Source: an uncultured Pseudomonadota bacterium (lineage in GTDB: Bacteria > SAR324 > NAC60-12). Taken from it: a DNA stretch of 64,000 bases. Below are positions 16,817 through 27,509 of the stretch, piece after piece. The notes below the pieces were generated by a model, which saw only the letters and a list, made by a program, of their open reading frames with translations, was not told the DNA's origin and did no database searches. Both the position numbers and the translations under genes were made by a program. Each line of letters opens with the position of its first letter. Position 1 is the stretch's first letter. The stretch is from NCBI GenBank assembly GCA_964344035.1, contig CAYFLK010000011.1, positions 339 to 64,338 on the forward strand. Direction: 5' to 3'.

Positions 16817-19450
16817 TTATTGTAAAACCCGGGCGAAACCGGTTTTCCTCCTGTGCTGCAATGCGATGATTGTCAGCAGAAAGAGAACTCCGGGAAGGTA
16901 CATCCACTGTTTGGGAGGCTGATCCACCGGAACCTGGACGCTGAGGATCTGCCAGTCGAAATCGATGCCTGCTTTTTCCGCTGGGCTGTCGAAAACCACC
17001 ATGTCCACGACTATCTTTTTTTCTTCGGCACGCAGACCGAGCCCAGCCTGTTCCAAGCGTTCCGCGCCTGGGCCAGTGTCGCCCATGGGCAGCAGGACCA
17101 TTTTGCTCACCTGTTCTCCATCAAGATTTTCCCCCTCCACATGAATGCGTAGTTCTGCTTGCGGTGGGAGCTGTTCCACCGTCTCGATGATGCCGTCAGC
17201 CGCGACCACCTGGTTGGGGGGATAGAGCATATCCCACCAGAATCCCGGGCGGAACAGGGTAAATGAAATCAGCAGCAGCGCCAGTGTTTCCCACCAGCGG
17301 TTTTTCACCAGGAAAAAACCCTGTGTTGCCGCGGCAAACAGGAGCATCGCCGTCACCGCGCTGATGATGGTCATAAGGAAATGCCACGCGCTTTCGATGC
17401 CGATCATCAGCAGTTCGGTATTGAAGATGAACAGGAAGGGCAGAATCGCCGTGCGGATGTCATATGTGAAGCCCTGGATTCCGGTCCTGATCGGGTCGCT
17501 GCGCGCAATGGCGGAAGCGGCAAAAGCGGCCAGTCCGACCGGAGGTGTATCGTCGGCAAGGATGCCGAAATAAAAGACGAACATGTGGACGGCAACCAGC
17601 GGCACGATCAGCCCGTTCTTTGCTCCGAGCGTGACAATCACCGGGGCCATCAAAGTTGAAACGACGATGTAGTTGGCAGTGGTCGGCAGACCCATACCAA
17701 GCACAAGGCTGATCATTGCGGTAAACAGCAGCATCAGTATCAGGTTGCCGCCTGAAATGAATTCCACAAATTCAGTCATCACCAGCCCGATTCCGGTCAA
17801 AGTGACGGTGCCGACAACTATACCCGCTGTGGCAGTGGCCACACCAATGCCGATCATGTTTCTCGCACCGGAAACAAGTCCGTCCAGTAATTCAAAAAAA
17901 CCGCGAAAGACAGCTGTTTTTAAACCGTCTTCCCGCCGAAACCAGGCGAGCAAAGGACGCTGGGTGAGGACGATGAAGATCATGAACATGGTCGCCCAGA
18001 ACGCGGAAAGCCCGGGTGAGAAACGTTCTATGGTCAGGCACCAGACCAAAAGCACGAGGGGCAGCAAAAAAAAGAGACCGGATTTTATGGTGGGACCGGG
18101 TTCAGGCAGGTGGGCGATCGCCTCAGCCGGATCGTCCTGCTCCAAATCCGGGAAGCGGGAAGCATAGCCGAGGAGCAGCACGTACACCACGACCACCAGG
18201 ATGGAAACGATCCACAGCGCCGATTCCGGGAACGCCTGCTTGAGCCAGCCGATTCCATAGTAAACGACGGCGGTTACGGTCATGATCACGAGCAGTCCGC
18301 TCATCACTCCCAGCAATGTTTGCGCAAGGGTGCGCTTGTAGGGTCTGGGCAGCCCCTGCATGTTTGCCTTGAGCGCTTCCAGGTGAACAATGTACACCAG
18401 TGCGATGTAGGAAATAAGCGCGGGCAGGGCCGCGTGCATAATGACTTCAACATATGAAATACCCACGTATTCCACCATCAAAAACGCCGCCGCGCCCATG
18501 ATGGGCGGGGTGAGTTGACCGTTGGTAGACGCGGCCACTTCCACCGCCCCGGCCTTGTAATCCGGGAAGCCGACCCTTTTCATCAGGGGGATGGTAAAGG
18601 TACCGGTGGTGACGACGTTGGCAATCGAGGAACCGGAAATAAGTCCGGTCATTCCGGATGAAACGACTGCTGCCTTGGCGGGTCCGCCCCGCATGTGCCC
18701 AAGCAGCGAAAAGGCGACTTTGATGAAATAATTCCCTGCGCCTGCGCGCTCCAACAGGGAACCGAAAAGCACAAACAAAAAAACGAAACTTGTGGAAACA
18801 CCAAGAGCCACCCCGAAAACACCTTCGGTCCCAAGCCACTGATGCGACATGGTCTTGTTCAGGCTCTGCCCTTTGTGAGCAATCACTTCGGGCATGTATG
18901 GTCCGGCAAAGGTGTAAAACAGGAACACCATTGCAACCACCATCAGCGGCGGTCCCAGCGCGCGGCGGGTGGCTTCAAGCAGCAGCAGCATGCCGGAGAC
19001 GGCAACCACCAAGTCCCAGGTTGTGGGCAGCCCCATGCGTTCGGAGAGCTCGACATAAAACAGGTAAAGGTAGCCCGCGCAAAACGCGCTGACAAACGCG
19101 AAAAACCAGTCATGCAATGGAATGAACGTGCGGGGCGAACGGCGAAATGGTGGGAAGGCGAGGAAAACCAGGAAGATTGAAAATGCCAGATGGATGGAGC
19201 GGGCCTGCGTGTCGTTCAGGACACCGAAACGGAGGATGAAAGGCAAGGGAGAGGCATACCAGATTTGGAACAACGACCATGCCAGCGACACGCCCAGCAG
19301 CACTTTTCCGGACCATCCGGACGGAGTTCGTGGGCCGGTTTCGGATTCAGCGACTATTTCATCTGCTTTGCGGACTGAGGAGGGGGTCTGATGTTTTTGA
19401 CCGGATTCTGCTGCAGATGGTTCTGCGGTTTTCATGGAGTGAAAAAACAA
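16817..19450 (-). CDS. TRAP transporter fused permease (TAXI-type, DctQ/DctM fusion) with C-terminal soluble extension
   Basis: 877 aa and highly hydrophobic with many transmembrane helices. The C-terminal ~130 aa are non-membrane and DUF3394-like. Adjacent to the TAXI solute receptor gene. Confidence 0.75.
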   Translation of the reverse strand: MFFHSMKTAEPSAAESGQKHQTPSSVRKADEIVAESETGPRTPSGWSGKVLLGVSLAWSLFQIWYASPLPFILRFGVLNDTQARSIHLAFSIFLVFLAFPPFRRSPRTFIPLHDWFFAFVSAFCAGYLYLFYVELSERMGLPTTWDLVVAVSGMLLLLEATRRALGPPLMVVAMVFLFYTFAGPYMPEVIAHKGQSLNKTMSHQWLGTEGVFGVALGVSTSFVFLFVLFGSLLERAGAGNYFIKVAFSLLGHMRGGPAKAAVVSSGMTGLISGSSIANVVTTGTFTIPLMKRVGFPDYKAGAVEVAASTNGQLTPPIMGAAAFLMVEYVGISYVEVIMHAALPALISYIALVYIVHLEALKANMQGLPRPYKRTLAQTLLGVMSGLLVIMTVTAVVYYGIGWLKQAFPESALWIVSILVVVVYVLLLGYASRFPDLEQDDPAEAIAHLPEPGPTIKSGLFFLLPLVLLVWCLTIERFSPGLSAFWATMFMIFIVLTQRPLLAWFRREDGLKTAVFRGFFELLDGLVSGARNMIGIGVATATAGIVVGTVTLTGIGLVMTEFVEFISGGNLILMLLFTAMISLVLGMGLPTTANYIVVSTLMAPVIVTLGAKNGLIVPLVAVHMFVFYFGILADDTPPVGLAAFAASAIARSDPIRTGIQGFTYDIRTAILPFLFIFNTELLMIGIESAWHFLMTIISAVTAMLLFAAATQGFFLVKNRWWETLALLLISFTLFRPGFWWDMLYPPNQVVAADGIIETVEQLPPQAELRIHVEGENLDGEQVSKMVLLPMGDTGPGAERLEQAGLGLRAEEKKIVVDMVVFDSPAEKAGIDFDWQILSVQVPVDQPPKQWMYLPGVLFLLTIIALQHRRKTGFARVLQ

Positions 19451-19514
19451 TTGGAACCCGCGAACGGATTCAGGTGCATCCGCGGGCCCCGGAAAAATCT
19501 GGAAAAGGGTTGAT

Positions 19515-20495
19515 CTACATCAAGCCGGCTTCCTTGTAATACTTCACTGCACCGTCATGGAGCGGAGCGGACAATCCGTCCTTGATCATCTGTTTTTTGT
19601 CCAGATGCCTGAAGGCGGGATGAAACTTGCGAAAGGTGTCAAAGTTCTCGAAAACCGCCTTGACTACCTCATAGATCACCCTTTCCGGCGTGTTGGTTGA
19701 TGTAACAAATGTAGCACCTACTCCGAAAGTCTGCACGTCATTTGCGCTGCCGCGGTACATTCCTCCCGGAATGGTGGCGGTACGGTAGAAATCGTTCTCC
19801 GCAACCAGTTTGTCCACTGCCGCGCCGGTGACAGCCACCAACACTGAATCGCACGCAGTGGTGGCTTCCTTGATGGAACCGCTGGGGTGACCGACGGTGA
19901 AAACCATGGCGTCAATCTTGTTGTCGCAGAGTGCTTTCGACTGCTCAGAAGACTTCAGTTCTGAGGCCAGGGAAAACACCGATTTGCTCCATCCAAGCGC
20001 TTCCATGAGCACTTCCATGGTCCCGCGCTGTCCGGAACCCGGGTTGCCGATGTTGACGCGCTTGCCCTTGAGATCACTAAAATTGCTGATGCCTGAATCG
20101 GCACGGGCCACGACCGTAAAAGGTTCCGGGTGTACAGAAAAGATGGCGCGCAGATTCCTGTTTGCCCCCTTGTCCTTAAACTTGCTGCTGCCATGAAAGG
20201 CATGATACTGCCAGTCAGACTGCGCCACACCCATGTCCAGTTCCCCGGCACGGATAGTATTGAGGTTGTATACCGAACCACCGGTGCTCTCAGTCGAGCA
20301 GCGAATGCCATGCTGCTTACGGTTCTTGTTGACCAGCCTGCAGATAGCGCCGCCGGTTGGATAGTAAACCCCGGTCACTCCACCGGTGCCGATAGTGACG
20401 AAGGTTTGTTCCGCCCAAACGGGCAGACTCATTGTCAGGGCCAGCGATGTTACCGCAAGCCACTTCATGGTACGTTGCATAATCTCTCTCAACAA
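19515..20495 (-). CDS. TRAP transporter solute receptor, TAXI family
   Basis: 326 aa. Signal peptide (MKWLAVTSLALTMSLPVWA; the true start may be this internal Met). The motif FVTIGTGGVTGVYYPTGGAICRLVN is typical of TAXI periplasmic binding proteins. Confidence 0.8.
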   Translation of the reverse strand: MLREIMQRTMKWLAVTSLALTMSLPVWAEQTFVTIGTGGVTGVYYPTGGAICRLVNKNRKQHGIRCSTESTGGSVYNLNTIRAGELDMGVAQSDWQYHAFHGSSKFKDKGANRNLRAIFSVHPEPFTVVARADSGISNFSDLKGKRVNIGNPGSGQRGTMEVLMEALGWSKSVFSLASELKSSEQSKALCDNKIDAMVFTVGHPSGSIKEATTACDSVLVAVTGAAVDKLVAENDFYRTATIPGGMYRGSANDVQTFGVGATFVTSTNTPERVIYEVVKAVFENFDTFRKFHPAFRHLDKKQMIKDGLSAPLHDGAVKYYKEAGLM

Positions 20496-20984
20496 AAGGT
20501 TCTTTAAGAAAAACCGGGTGGTGAATCATGAAAGAGGCAAACACTATCCCTCTTCGGACAACCATCCCCCTGGAGCGGGACTGTCCACAGGTCCTGAATC
20601 GAAAGACCCGGAACATTTCCCCTGCTGCGACACTTTTTCGAACACGAAATGGTGCCGATGAAAATATGGGAAATTTGTGTTTGAAACAAGTTCAAACATC
20701 TTCTCCCATTGGGACATGATGCAATCTATTGATCACGCTATGCAATGGCAAAGGAATCAGGCATCATTCGCAAAATAAATTGCGTTGCTGATAATATTGC
20801 AATAATATTTGTTTTTCAAGAAATTTTTCGCACGTTTTGCGGCAAATCAGGTTACAAAACCCAATGAAAGCAAAACCGGCACAATTACTTCTGTAATATC
20901 AGCTTGATAGAATTTCCGGCGGCACAGTTTTTGATTATGAAAATCTGACGCGAATATATCCAAATAACCCGGTTTCCCTTTCCA

Positions 20985-21935
20985 ATGACGTCTCCTGAAT
21001 TAAACCATCCGCGCCACCCATTGCCGCCTGAATCATTATATGATTTGAGAGAGCTAGTGGCGTTCATGGGCGCGAATCGGGGCCAATACAAATTGGGGGC
21101 AAAATCATATGCGGCGTTGGTGAAACTGGTGAACCAGCCCAAAACGGCCGCGTTTTCATCAATCAACCAACTTGCGGAACAGGTCGGCGTCAACGCGTCC
21201 ACCCTGACGCGGCTGGCCACGCGTTTGGGTTACAAAGGATTCAACGATTTACAGCATGTGTTTCGACAGCACATGGCAACAGAAAATCATTTTTACAGCA
21301 GCCGGGTCGAACAATTGATTTCGACCAGTCCCAACAATTCACAAGCAGGCAGTCTGGAACTGATTAATCAGGTGGCAGGTGATGAGGCAGTTAATATCAA
21401 GACCATGATCAATCAATTGGACCCGGCTTCCATAGACAAAACCATTCACCTGCTGAGCAGGGCGCGATCTGTGCGCACTTATGCGCAGAGACAGTTTTAT
21501 GGGTTGGCAGCATTTTTTTCTTACTGCATGGGACTGATCAGGGAAGATGTTTCAGTACTCGGAGAATCAGGACACGGCGTTCCTCACGCATTGGCACAGC
21601 TGAACCACCAGGACGTGATCATCGTATTCGGCAGTGAGCCCTATACGCGTATCGCGGTTGAAACATGCCGTACCGCTTCGGCAAACCAAATACCGACCGT
21701 TGTGTTTGTGGATTCATTTGGTGCGCCTCTGGCAAGCAGTGCGCATGCAGTTTTTGCCATCCCCACCGCGGGACATTTCTACAGCAACAGCACCGCTGCC
21801 TGGGTCATTCTGCTGGAAGGGCTGCTGTCCATACTGGCCCGTTATTACGGGAAAAAGGCATTGAACGCGTTATCCCATCGGGAACAGCTTTTCCATGAAA
21901 TGGGTGTTACCTACAGCGAACACAAAGACCGATGA
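20985..21935 (+). CDS. MurR/RpiR family transcriptional regulator (HTH + SIS domain)
   Basis: 316 aa. N-terminal HTH (INQLAEQVGVNASTLTRLATRLGYKGFNDL). C-terminal SIS phosphosugar-binding fold (VIIVFGSEPYTRIAVE). Confidence 0.7.
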   Translation: MTSPELNHPRHPLPPESLYDLRELVAFMGANRGQYKLGAKSYAALVKLVNQPKTAAFSSINQLAEQVGVNASTLTRLATRLGYKGFNDLQHVFRQHMATENHFYSSRVEQLISTSPNNSQAGSLELINQVAGDEAVNIKTMINQLDPASIDKTIHLLSRARSVRTYAQRQFYGLAAFFSYCMGLIREDVSVLGESGHGVPHALAQLNHQDVIIVFGSEPYTRIAVETCRTASANQIPTVVFVDSFGAPLASSAHAVFAIPTAGHFYSNSTAAWVILLEGLLSILARYYGKKALNALSHREQLFHEMGVTYSEHKDR

Positions 21936-22123
21936 ACATGTACTCTTCTTCCATTGGGCAAGTCCCGGTTTTCCCTCACCGGGCAGCAAGCGGCAGCATT
22001 CCCCTTCCTACACACCATTTCCCTTGAATCAATCCTTTTCTCATGAGACTTAGCCATGATCGCCCATGACTATGCGTTGACGATTTATGCCCGCAAGAAC
22101 GGGCTGCGTGTTTATCTCCGGGT

Positions 22124-24289
22124 ATGCAGATGAAAAGTCCGCTGCATGACTTCCTCGCGCCTGACTCGATTGCCATTGTAGGCGCATCCGCGAACCCAAC
22201 CAAACGCGGGTACAAAGCCATCACCGGGTTGTTGAATGACGGATATGCCGGGGCAATTTACCCGATCAACCCGAAGGCGAACCAGATCCTGGGGATCAAA
22301 GCCTATGCGTCCCTTTACGACCTCCCGGTGCAGGCCAATCTGGCTTTGATCTGCACCCCGGCGAAAACTGTCCCGGACATTGTCGAGCAGTGCGGCGCAA
22401 ACGGCATCAAAGGCGCGGTTATCCTCGCCAGTGGTTTCGGTGAAGTGGATGACGCCGGAATTCAACTGGAACAAGACGCCTTGGCTTCTGCTCGCAGGGC
22501 TAATGTACGAATTGTTGGTCCCAACACATCTGGGTTTTTTAATCTGCACAAGAAGGTCAATCTGCTGGCGCTAGACAATGTGAAAGCGGGAAATATCGGC
22601 ATCATTTCCCAGTCCGGCAACATGCTGCTGGCGCTCGCCCTGGAAGCCGAACACAACGGTCACATCGGCTTCAGCACATACGTCGGGCCGGGGAATCAAA
22701 TCGATGTCGGGTTCGCGGATTATCTGCGTTTCCTCGGGGAGGAGAAAAACACCCGTGTGGCGGCGCTTTACGTGGAAGGATTCAAAAACGGCAGGGAGTT
22801 TCTCGAGGTCGCCAAAGAAACAGTGCGGATAAAGCCGGTGGTGGTTTACAAGTCAGGCAGCACAAATGAAGGCCGGCAATCCGCCAGTTCTCATACCGGC
22901 GCGCTTGCGGGAAGCTACGGAATGACGGTGAACCTGTTGCGCCAGTCCGGTGTCAGCGTGGTGGAACAGTCCGATGAAATACTCCCGGTTGCGGAAGGGC
23001 TGGGTTTGCTTCAGCACGCCCGGGGAAACCGGGTGGCGGTACTGGCAGACGGAGGGGGGCAGGCTACCATTGCCTCCGACCGCCTTTCAGAAGCGGACCT
23101 TGTGCTGTCTCCGCTGGGCGACAAAACACGGAATGCGCTGGGAAAGGTGCTGCTTCCACAAGCCTCGCTGGCGAACCCGGTGGATGTTGCCGGAAGCACA
23201 GACGCCAGCCCGGGACTGCTTTACAACTGTCTTGAGATTCTTGCGGCAGACGAGTGTGTGGACATGGTTTTGCTGGTCGGCATGTTCGGAGGCTATGGAA
23301 TTCGTTTCACTGAAAAACTCCAGCACGAGGAGATGCAGACCGCGGTCGCAATCGCTGATCTGTCACGAAGGATTGAAAAACCGTTGGTGATATACAGTTT
23401 GTATACACCGGTGAAACCTGATGCGCTGATTGAACTGCGTAAAGCAGGACTGCCTGTTTACGGATCAATCGAGCATGCCGTCCGTGTGCTGGCAGCATTG
23501 GCGGAGCGCGGAAACTTTATCCGGAGAGCAAAAACGGTGGAACCGGTGCAACCCCTTGAACCATTGGCGGAGGTTTCGGATACCCTCAGGCACGCACAGC
23601 AATCCGGACGTGATTTATTCGAATATGAAGCCGGGAGTGTGCTGCGAAGTTACGGTATCACTGTACCACGACAGATGATGATTCGGTCAAAATCGGAATT
23701 GTCTTCCATTACCGAAACGTTTGGAGACCTCCCGCTGGCTATGAAGGTGGTTTCCCGAGACATCCTGCATAAATCCGATTCCGGAGGGGTGAAGCTGAAT
23801 CTGCGGGGTGAAAAATCCCTGCAGCGGGGATACGATGAAATCCTCTCTTCGTGTAAAACCAGCAACCCAGAAGCCGAAGTTGAGGGGGTATTGCTCACCC
23901 CGATGGCGGGGAAAGGCGTTGAAGTTATAATCGGCGCCAAGCGGGACCCCATCTTTGGCCCGGTCCTGATGTTCGGGCTGGGGGGTGTATTCGTCGAAAT
24001 CCTTGAAGACGTCGTGTTCCGCTCCATCCCGCTTTCCTTGACGGACGCCCTTTCAATGATCAGTCAGATTAAGGCGAAAAAAATCCTGGAAGGCGCAAGA
24101 GGGGGGGCACTGGTGGATAAAGAAGCGCTGGCGGAACTCATCAGCAAGGTTTCGCTTGTTATCGACGCGCATCCGGAAATCGCGGAACTGGACCTGAACC
24201 CGGTGGTTGCAAACTCCGGAGGATGCGAAATCGTAGATACCCGCGTCATAGTTGACAGGGACCATTCTGCCCGGCGCACTGAAATTTGA
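22124..24289 (+). CDS. ADP-forming acyl-CoA synthetase (acetate--CoA ligase family; fused CoA-binding/ligase-CoA and ATP-grasp domains)
   Basis: 721 aa. N-terminal CoA-binding Rossmann SIAIVGASANPTKRGYKAI. A succinyl-CoA-synthetase-alpha-like middle domain. A C-terminal ATP-grasp domain (VVSRDILHKSDSGGVKLNL). Confidence 0.75.
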   Translation: MQMKSPLHDFLAPDSIAIVGASANPTKRGYKAITGLLNDGYAGAIYPINPKANQILGIKAYASLYDLPVQANLALICTPAKTVPDIVEQCGANGIKGAVILASGFGEVDDAGIQLEQDALASARRANVRIVGPNTSGFFNLHKKVNLLALDNVKAGNIGIISQSGNMLLALALEAEHNGHIGFSTYVGPGNQIDVGFADYLRFLGEEKNTRVAALYVEGFKNGREFLEVAKETVRIKPVVVYKSGSTNEGRQSASSHTGALAGSYGMTVNLLRQSGVSVVEQSDEILPVAEGLGLLQHARGNRVAVLADGGGQATIASDRLSEADLVLSPLGDKTRNALGKVLLPQASLANPVDVAGSTDASPGLLYNCLEILAADECVDMVLLVGMFGGYGIRFTEKLQHEEMQTAVAIADLSRRIEKPLVIYSLYTPVKPDALIELRKAGLPVYGSIEHAVRVLAALAERGNFIRRAKTVEPVQPLEPLAEVSDTLRHAQQSGRDLFEYEAGSVLRSYGITVPRQMMIRSKSELSSITETFGDLPLAMKVVSRDILHKSDSGGVKLNLRGEKSLQRGYDEILSSCKTSNPEAEVEGVLLTPMAGKGVEVIIGAKRDPIFGPVLMFGLGGVFVEILEDVVFRSIPLSLTDALSMISQIKAKKILEGARGGALVDKEALAELISKVSLVIDAHPEIAELDLNPVVANSGGCEIVDTRVIVDRDHSARRTEI

Positions 24290-24351
24290 AGCCGGTTGTA
24301 TTTGATATGACGCGATTGAGCTGGAGATGTCTGAGTGTAGACAAGTCCGCG

Positions 24352-25959
24352 TCAGAACCTCCCATCGTATGCTTTGCCTCCGATCACGCAAGCCAACAGT
24401 GTGAAGGTATTCCCTTCGAATGCGCCATCCAACGCTTCTGAAAGTTCGTTGCGCGTGAAAATCCAATATCCGCTTCCTCCAAACGCCCTGGCCACAGCGG
24501 GAAAGTCTGTGCCGCCGAAATCCACCCCGGTGTTTGGCAACCCGGACTTGCGCTGTTTCATTTCAATCAGGGCCAGCGACTCATCAACGAACACTATGAT
24601 CACCACCGGTATTTTCAAATCGCGCAACGTTGCCAGTTCGCCAAGCACCATTTCCAGTCCGGCGTCGCCGACAAAGGTAACGACCGGACGTTCCGGAGAC
24701 GCCAACTGGTAACCCATTGCCAGCGGGAGCGCGCAGCCCATCGTGCAGAGCGCGGTGGATTGCAGCAGACCCCTTGGCTCGTAACACTCCCACTGCTGAC
24801 TCAGCAGAATCCGGTGCGCCCCGCTGTCCGCCGTGGCCATTCCATTACGGGGCAACAACTTGCGCACAACATCAACCACGGCCCCAGGTCCCCATTTCTC
24901 TTTGCCGGAAAACTCGGATTTCAGTTCGCCGCGGACTTTTTCCGCTTCACGGTCTTTCCAGACGGGCCGCGGAGTAATTCCATTACGCAAGGTATTCAAT
25001 CCCTCGCCAACATGGCCGACAAAACTAAGACATGCCTGGTGCATGTAATGAGTGTTCGGCACGGCACAAAACTCAATCACCCTCGCGTCTTCGTCCCAGG
25101 GGTCGCGCCAGCCGACACGCATCTCGATGGGGTCGTAACCGGCCAGCAGAATGAAATCGCTTTTCCGTACCAACGGCAGCAAATGCTGGTCGGCCAAAGG
25201 CGAAAGTCCGGCCCCGCCTAGGGCCAGCAAGTTGTCTTCCGGAAGGACCCCTTTGGCCTTGTATGTCGTGATCAGTGGAATGCGGAAGTCCAGCGCAAAT
25301 TCGGCAACCGCTTCCTCCGCGTTCTGATTCAGCACATCCACCCCGGCAATCATCAAAGGCCGAGTTGCTTCGCGAAGCCAGTTTCTGGCGGTTTCCAAAT
25401 CCACTCCTTCGGAAGGAGTCGCCGGTGATGGAAACTTCCGGGCAAGAATCGTTCGTTCCGGTTGTGCTTGGGCCGCCACGCTGATCGGCACATCAACATG
25501 CACCGGGCCGGGCTGTCCGTCCAGCGAGATGGATACAGCCTTGTCTATCGCCACATCCACCGCGCCATCCACCACCGTGATGCTGGCTTTTGTGACCGAT
25601 TGTAACAATTCACCATGGTCAAAAACTTGATGCGTGTAAGTAAGGGCTTCGGAGGCATCCACACATCCGGTCAGGAAAATAATCGGCACACGATCCTGGA
25701 AAGCATTGGCCACGGCATTCACAGCGTTGGCGACTCCCGGACCGATCGTAGCCACCAGAATTCCGGGTGCGCCGTCAGCGTGAAATCCGCCTTGGGCCAT
25801 GAATCCGGCGCAGTTTTCATGCTTGGTAAGCACAAATTCAATTCCGGATCTGCGCAGGCCCTCAATAAGCGTCAATACTTCACCGCCCGGAATGCCGAAC
25901 GCCCGGCGGCATCCGGCCAGATACAGCCGTCTTCCAATAATGTCCGCTGCGTTCACCAT
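24352..25959 (-). CDS. thiamine-pyrophosphate enzyme of the acetolactate synthase/oxalyl-CoA decarboxylase/2-hydroxyacyl-CoA lyase superfamily
   Basis: 535 aa. N-terminal TPP-Pyr domain (FGIPGGEVLTLIEGL...GPGVANAVNAVANAF). C-terminal TPP-PP domain with GDAGLEM..ELATL. The substrate is not assignable from sequence. Confidence 0.7.
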   Translation of the reverse strand: MVNAADIIGRRLYLAGCRRAFGIPGGEVLTLIEGLRRSGIEFVLTKHENCAGFMAQGGFHADGAPGILVATIGPGVANAVNAVANAFQDRVPIIFLTGCVDASEALTYTHQVFDHGELLQSVTKASITVVDGAVDVAIDKAVSISLDGQPGPVHVDVPISVAAQAQPERTILARKFPSPATPSEGVDLETARNWLREATRPLMIAGVDVLNQNAEEAVAEFALDFRIPLITTYKAKGVLPEDNLLALGGAGLSPLADQHLLPLVRKSDFILLAGYDPIEMRVGWRDPWDEDARVIEFCAVPNTHYMHQACLSFVGHVGEGLNTLRNGITPRPVWKDREAEKVRGELKSEFSGKEKWGPGAVVDVVRKLLPRNGMATADSGAHRILLSQQWECYEPRGLLQSTALCTMGCALPLAMGYQLASPERPVVTFVGDAGLEMVLGELATLRDLKIPVVIIVFVDESLALIEMKQRKSGLPNTGVDFGGTDFPAVARAFGGSGYWIFTRNELSEALDGAFEGNTFTLLACVIGGKAYDGRF

Positions 25960-27158
25960 TATTGCTGTCCCTTATCAACGAGCTTGGAAAACCCACCCCG
26001 TGTTTGCGGGAGTTTGCGGTCGAGCAGAGTGGAAGCGACGACCGTGCGCAGAATCTGTGCCGTGCCGCCGCCGATGGTAAACATGCGAGCGTCACGTGCC
26101 ATGCGCTCTAAAGGCAAATTGCGGGAATAGCCGGCGGAGCCGAAAATTTGCAAAGCGTCATTGGTAACTTTGATTGCCGTTTCCGACGCAAAAATTTTGG
26201 CCTGCGCCGCTTCCAGCATGTCCGGAAAGCCCTGTCCCGCTCCGGCGGCGGCTTTGCGGAGCAGCAGGCGAGAGGCTTCCAGCTGCGTGTGCATATCGGC
26301 CAGCATCCACTGCAAACCCTGAAATTCGCAGATCGGGCGGCCGAATTGTTCGCGCTGTTTGGAGAATTCCAAGGCCAATTCATAGGCCCCGGCGGCAATG
26401 CCCATAGCCACCGTTCCCGCGCCGACACGTTGGCCATTGTAGGCATTCATCAATCCGGCAAACCCGCGTCGCAGACCTTCCGGCGGAATCAAAGCCATTT
26501 CGTGCGGAACTTCCAAATTTTCGCAAATAATCTGTGTTTCCGGAATGCCGCGCAAACCCATTGCCGGTTCGCGTGTGCCGACTTTTAAACCGTCCGTACC
26601 ACGCAAAGCAATAAATCCGGCGATGCCCTGTTGTTCTCCGTTTTCAAAAACACGGGCAAAAATCAAATGAAATCTGGAAACACCGCCGCCGGTGATCCAA
26701 TGCTTTGTGCCGTTGAGAATGTAGCGGTCGCCTTTGCGCTCGGCGCGGGTGGTCATTTCGGTGGCCGCGCTTCCGGCTCCGGGTTCGGTTATGCAAATAG
26801 CCGGTTTATCTCCGCTCAAAACATGTCCCGCCGCCAATTTTTTCTGTGTTTCAGAACCGTATTTCATCACCGCCCCGACCGCTCCCATGTTGGCCTCGAC
26901 GACAATCCGTGCCGACACTCCGCATGCTTTGGCGATTTCCTCAATTACCAAAACCGTGTCCAAATAAGTCATCCCGGAACCGCCGTACTCCTCCGGGACC
27001 GTCATTCCCATGAAGCCTTGTTTGGTGAGCAACTCCACATTTTCCCACGGATATTGCTCCATGCGGTCAATTTCCGCCGCACGCGGCGCAATTTCTTTTA
27101 TTGCAAACTCACGTGCCGTAGCTTGCAGTTGTTTTTGAGTTTCAGTTAGTTCAAACAT
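25959..27158 (-). CDS. acyl-CoA dehydrogenase
   Basis: 399 aa with a canonical ACAD fold. Motifs GMTVPEEYGGSG, ITEPGAGS, and a C-terminal QIFGGAGY-like segment (QIFGSAGY). The start overlaps the stop of the TPP enzyme gene. Confidence 0.85.
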   Translation of the reverse strand: MFELTETQKQLQATAREFAIKEIAPRAAEIDRMEQYPWENVELLTKQGFMGMTVPEEYGGSGMTYLDTVLVIEEIAKACGVSARIVVEANMGAVGAVMKYGSETQKKLAAGHVLSGDKPAICITEPGAGSAATEMTTRAERKGDRYILNGTKHWITGGGVSRFHLIFARVFENGEQQGIAGFIALRGTDGLKVGTREPAMGLRGIPETQIICENLEVPHEMALIPPEGLRRGFAGLMNAYNGQRVGAGTVAMGIAAGAYELALEFSKQREQFGRPICEFQGLQWMLADMHTQLEASRLLLRKAAAGAGQGFPDMLEAAQAKIFASETAIKVTNDALQIFGSAGYSRNLPLERMARDARMFTIGGGTAQILRTVVASTLLDRKLPQTRGGFSKLVDKGQQ

Positions 27159-27266
27159 GGATGTCCGGTTTTATAGATATCTGTAGCAGGAAAGAGCGGC
27201 TTGACTACAGCCGAATAAAAAGTTACAATCGTTTTTATTCCAAAACAACTCCATATAAGAATAAAA

Positions 27267-27509
27267 ATGCCATCATTAACAGTAAAAAATATTCCAGACG
27301 ATCTTTACTTGCTTTTGAAAGAATCAGCCAAACTACATTTCCGGAGCATGAACGGCGAAGTCCTTCATTGTCTGGAGACCTCCTTGCGCAGCCGCAAAGT
27401 GGAAGTAGAAGAACAATTAGCCGGATTCCGCCGTTTACGAAAAATGACAGCCTCACACATGCTGACGAATGAAGAACTCTTGAGTGCAAAGAATGAGGGA
27501 CGTGAATGA
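27267..27509 (+). CDS. vapB: Arc/FitA-type ribbon-helix-helix antitoxin (VapB-like)
   Basis: 80 aa. MPSLTVKNIPDDLYLLLKESAKLHFRSMNGEVLHCLE is the FitA/Arc-type RHH antitoxin N-terminus. It overlaps the downstream PIN gene by 4 nt. Confidence 0.75.
   Translation: MPSLTVKNIPDDLYLLLKESAKLHFRSMNGEVLHCLETSLRSRKVEVEEQLAGFRRLRKMTASHMLTNEELLSAKNEGRE

Noticed and set aside
20496-20984. 490-bp gap between the TAXI gene and the RpiR gene searched for sRNA or a mobile element
   Set aside because: It is a divergent promoter region with moderate AT content. No repeats, hairpin families or ORFs with motifs were seen.
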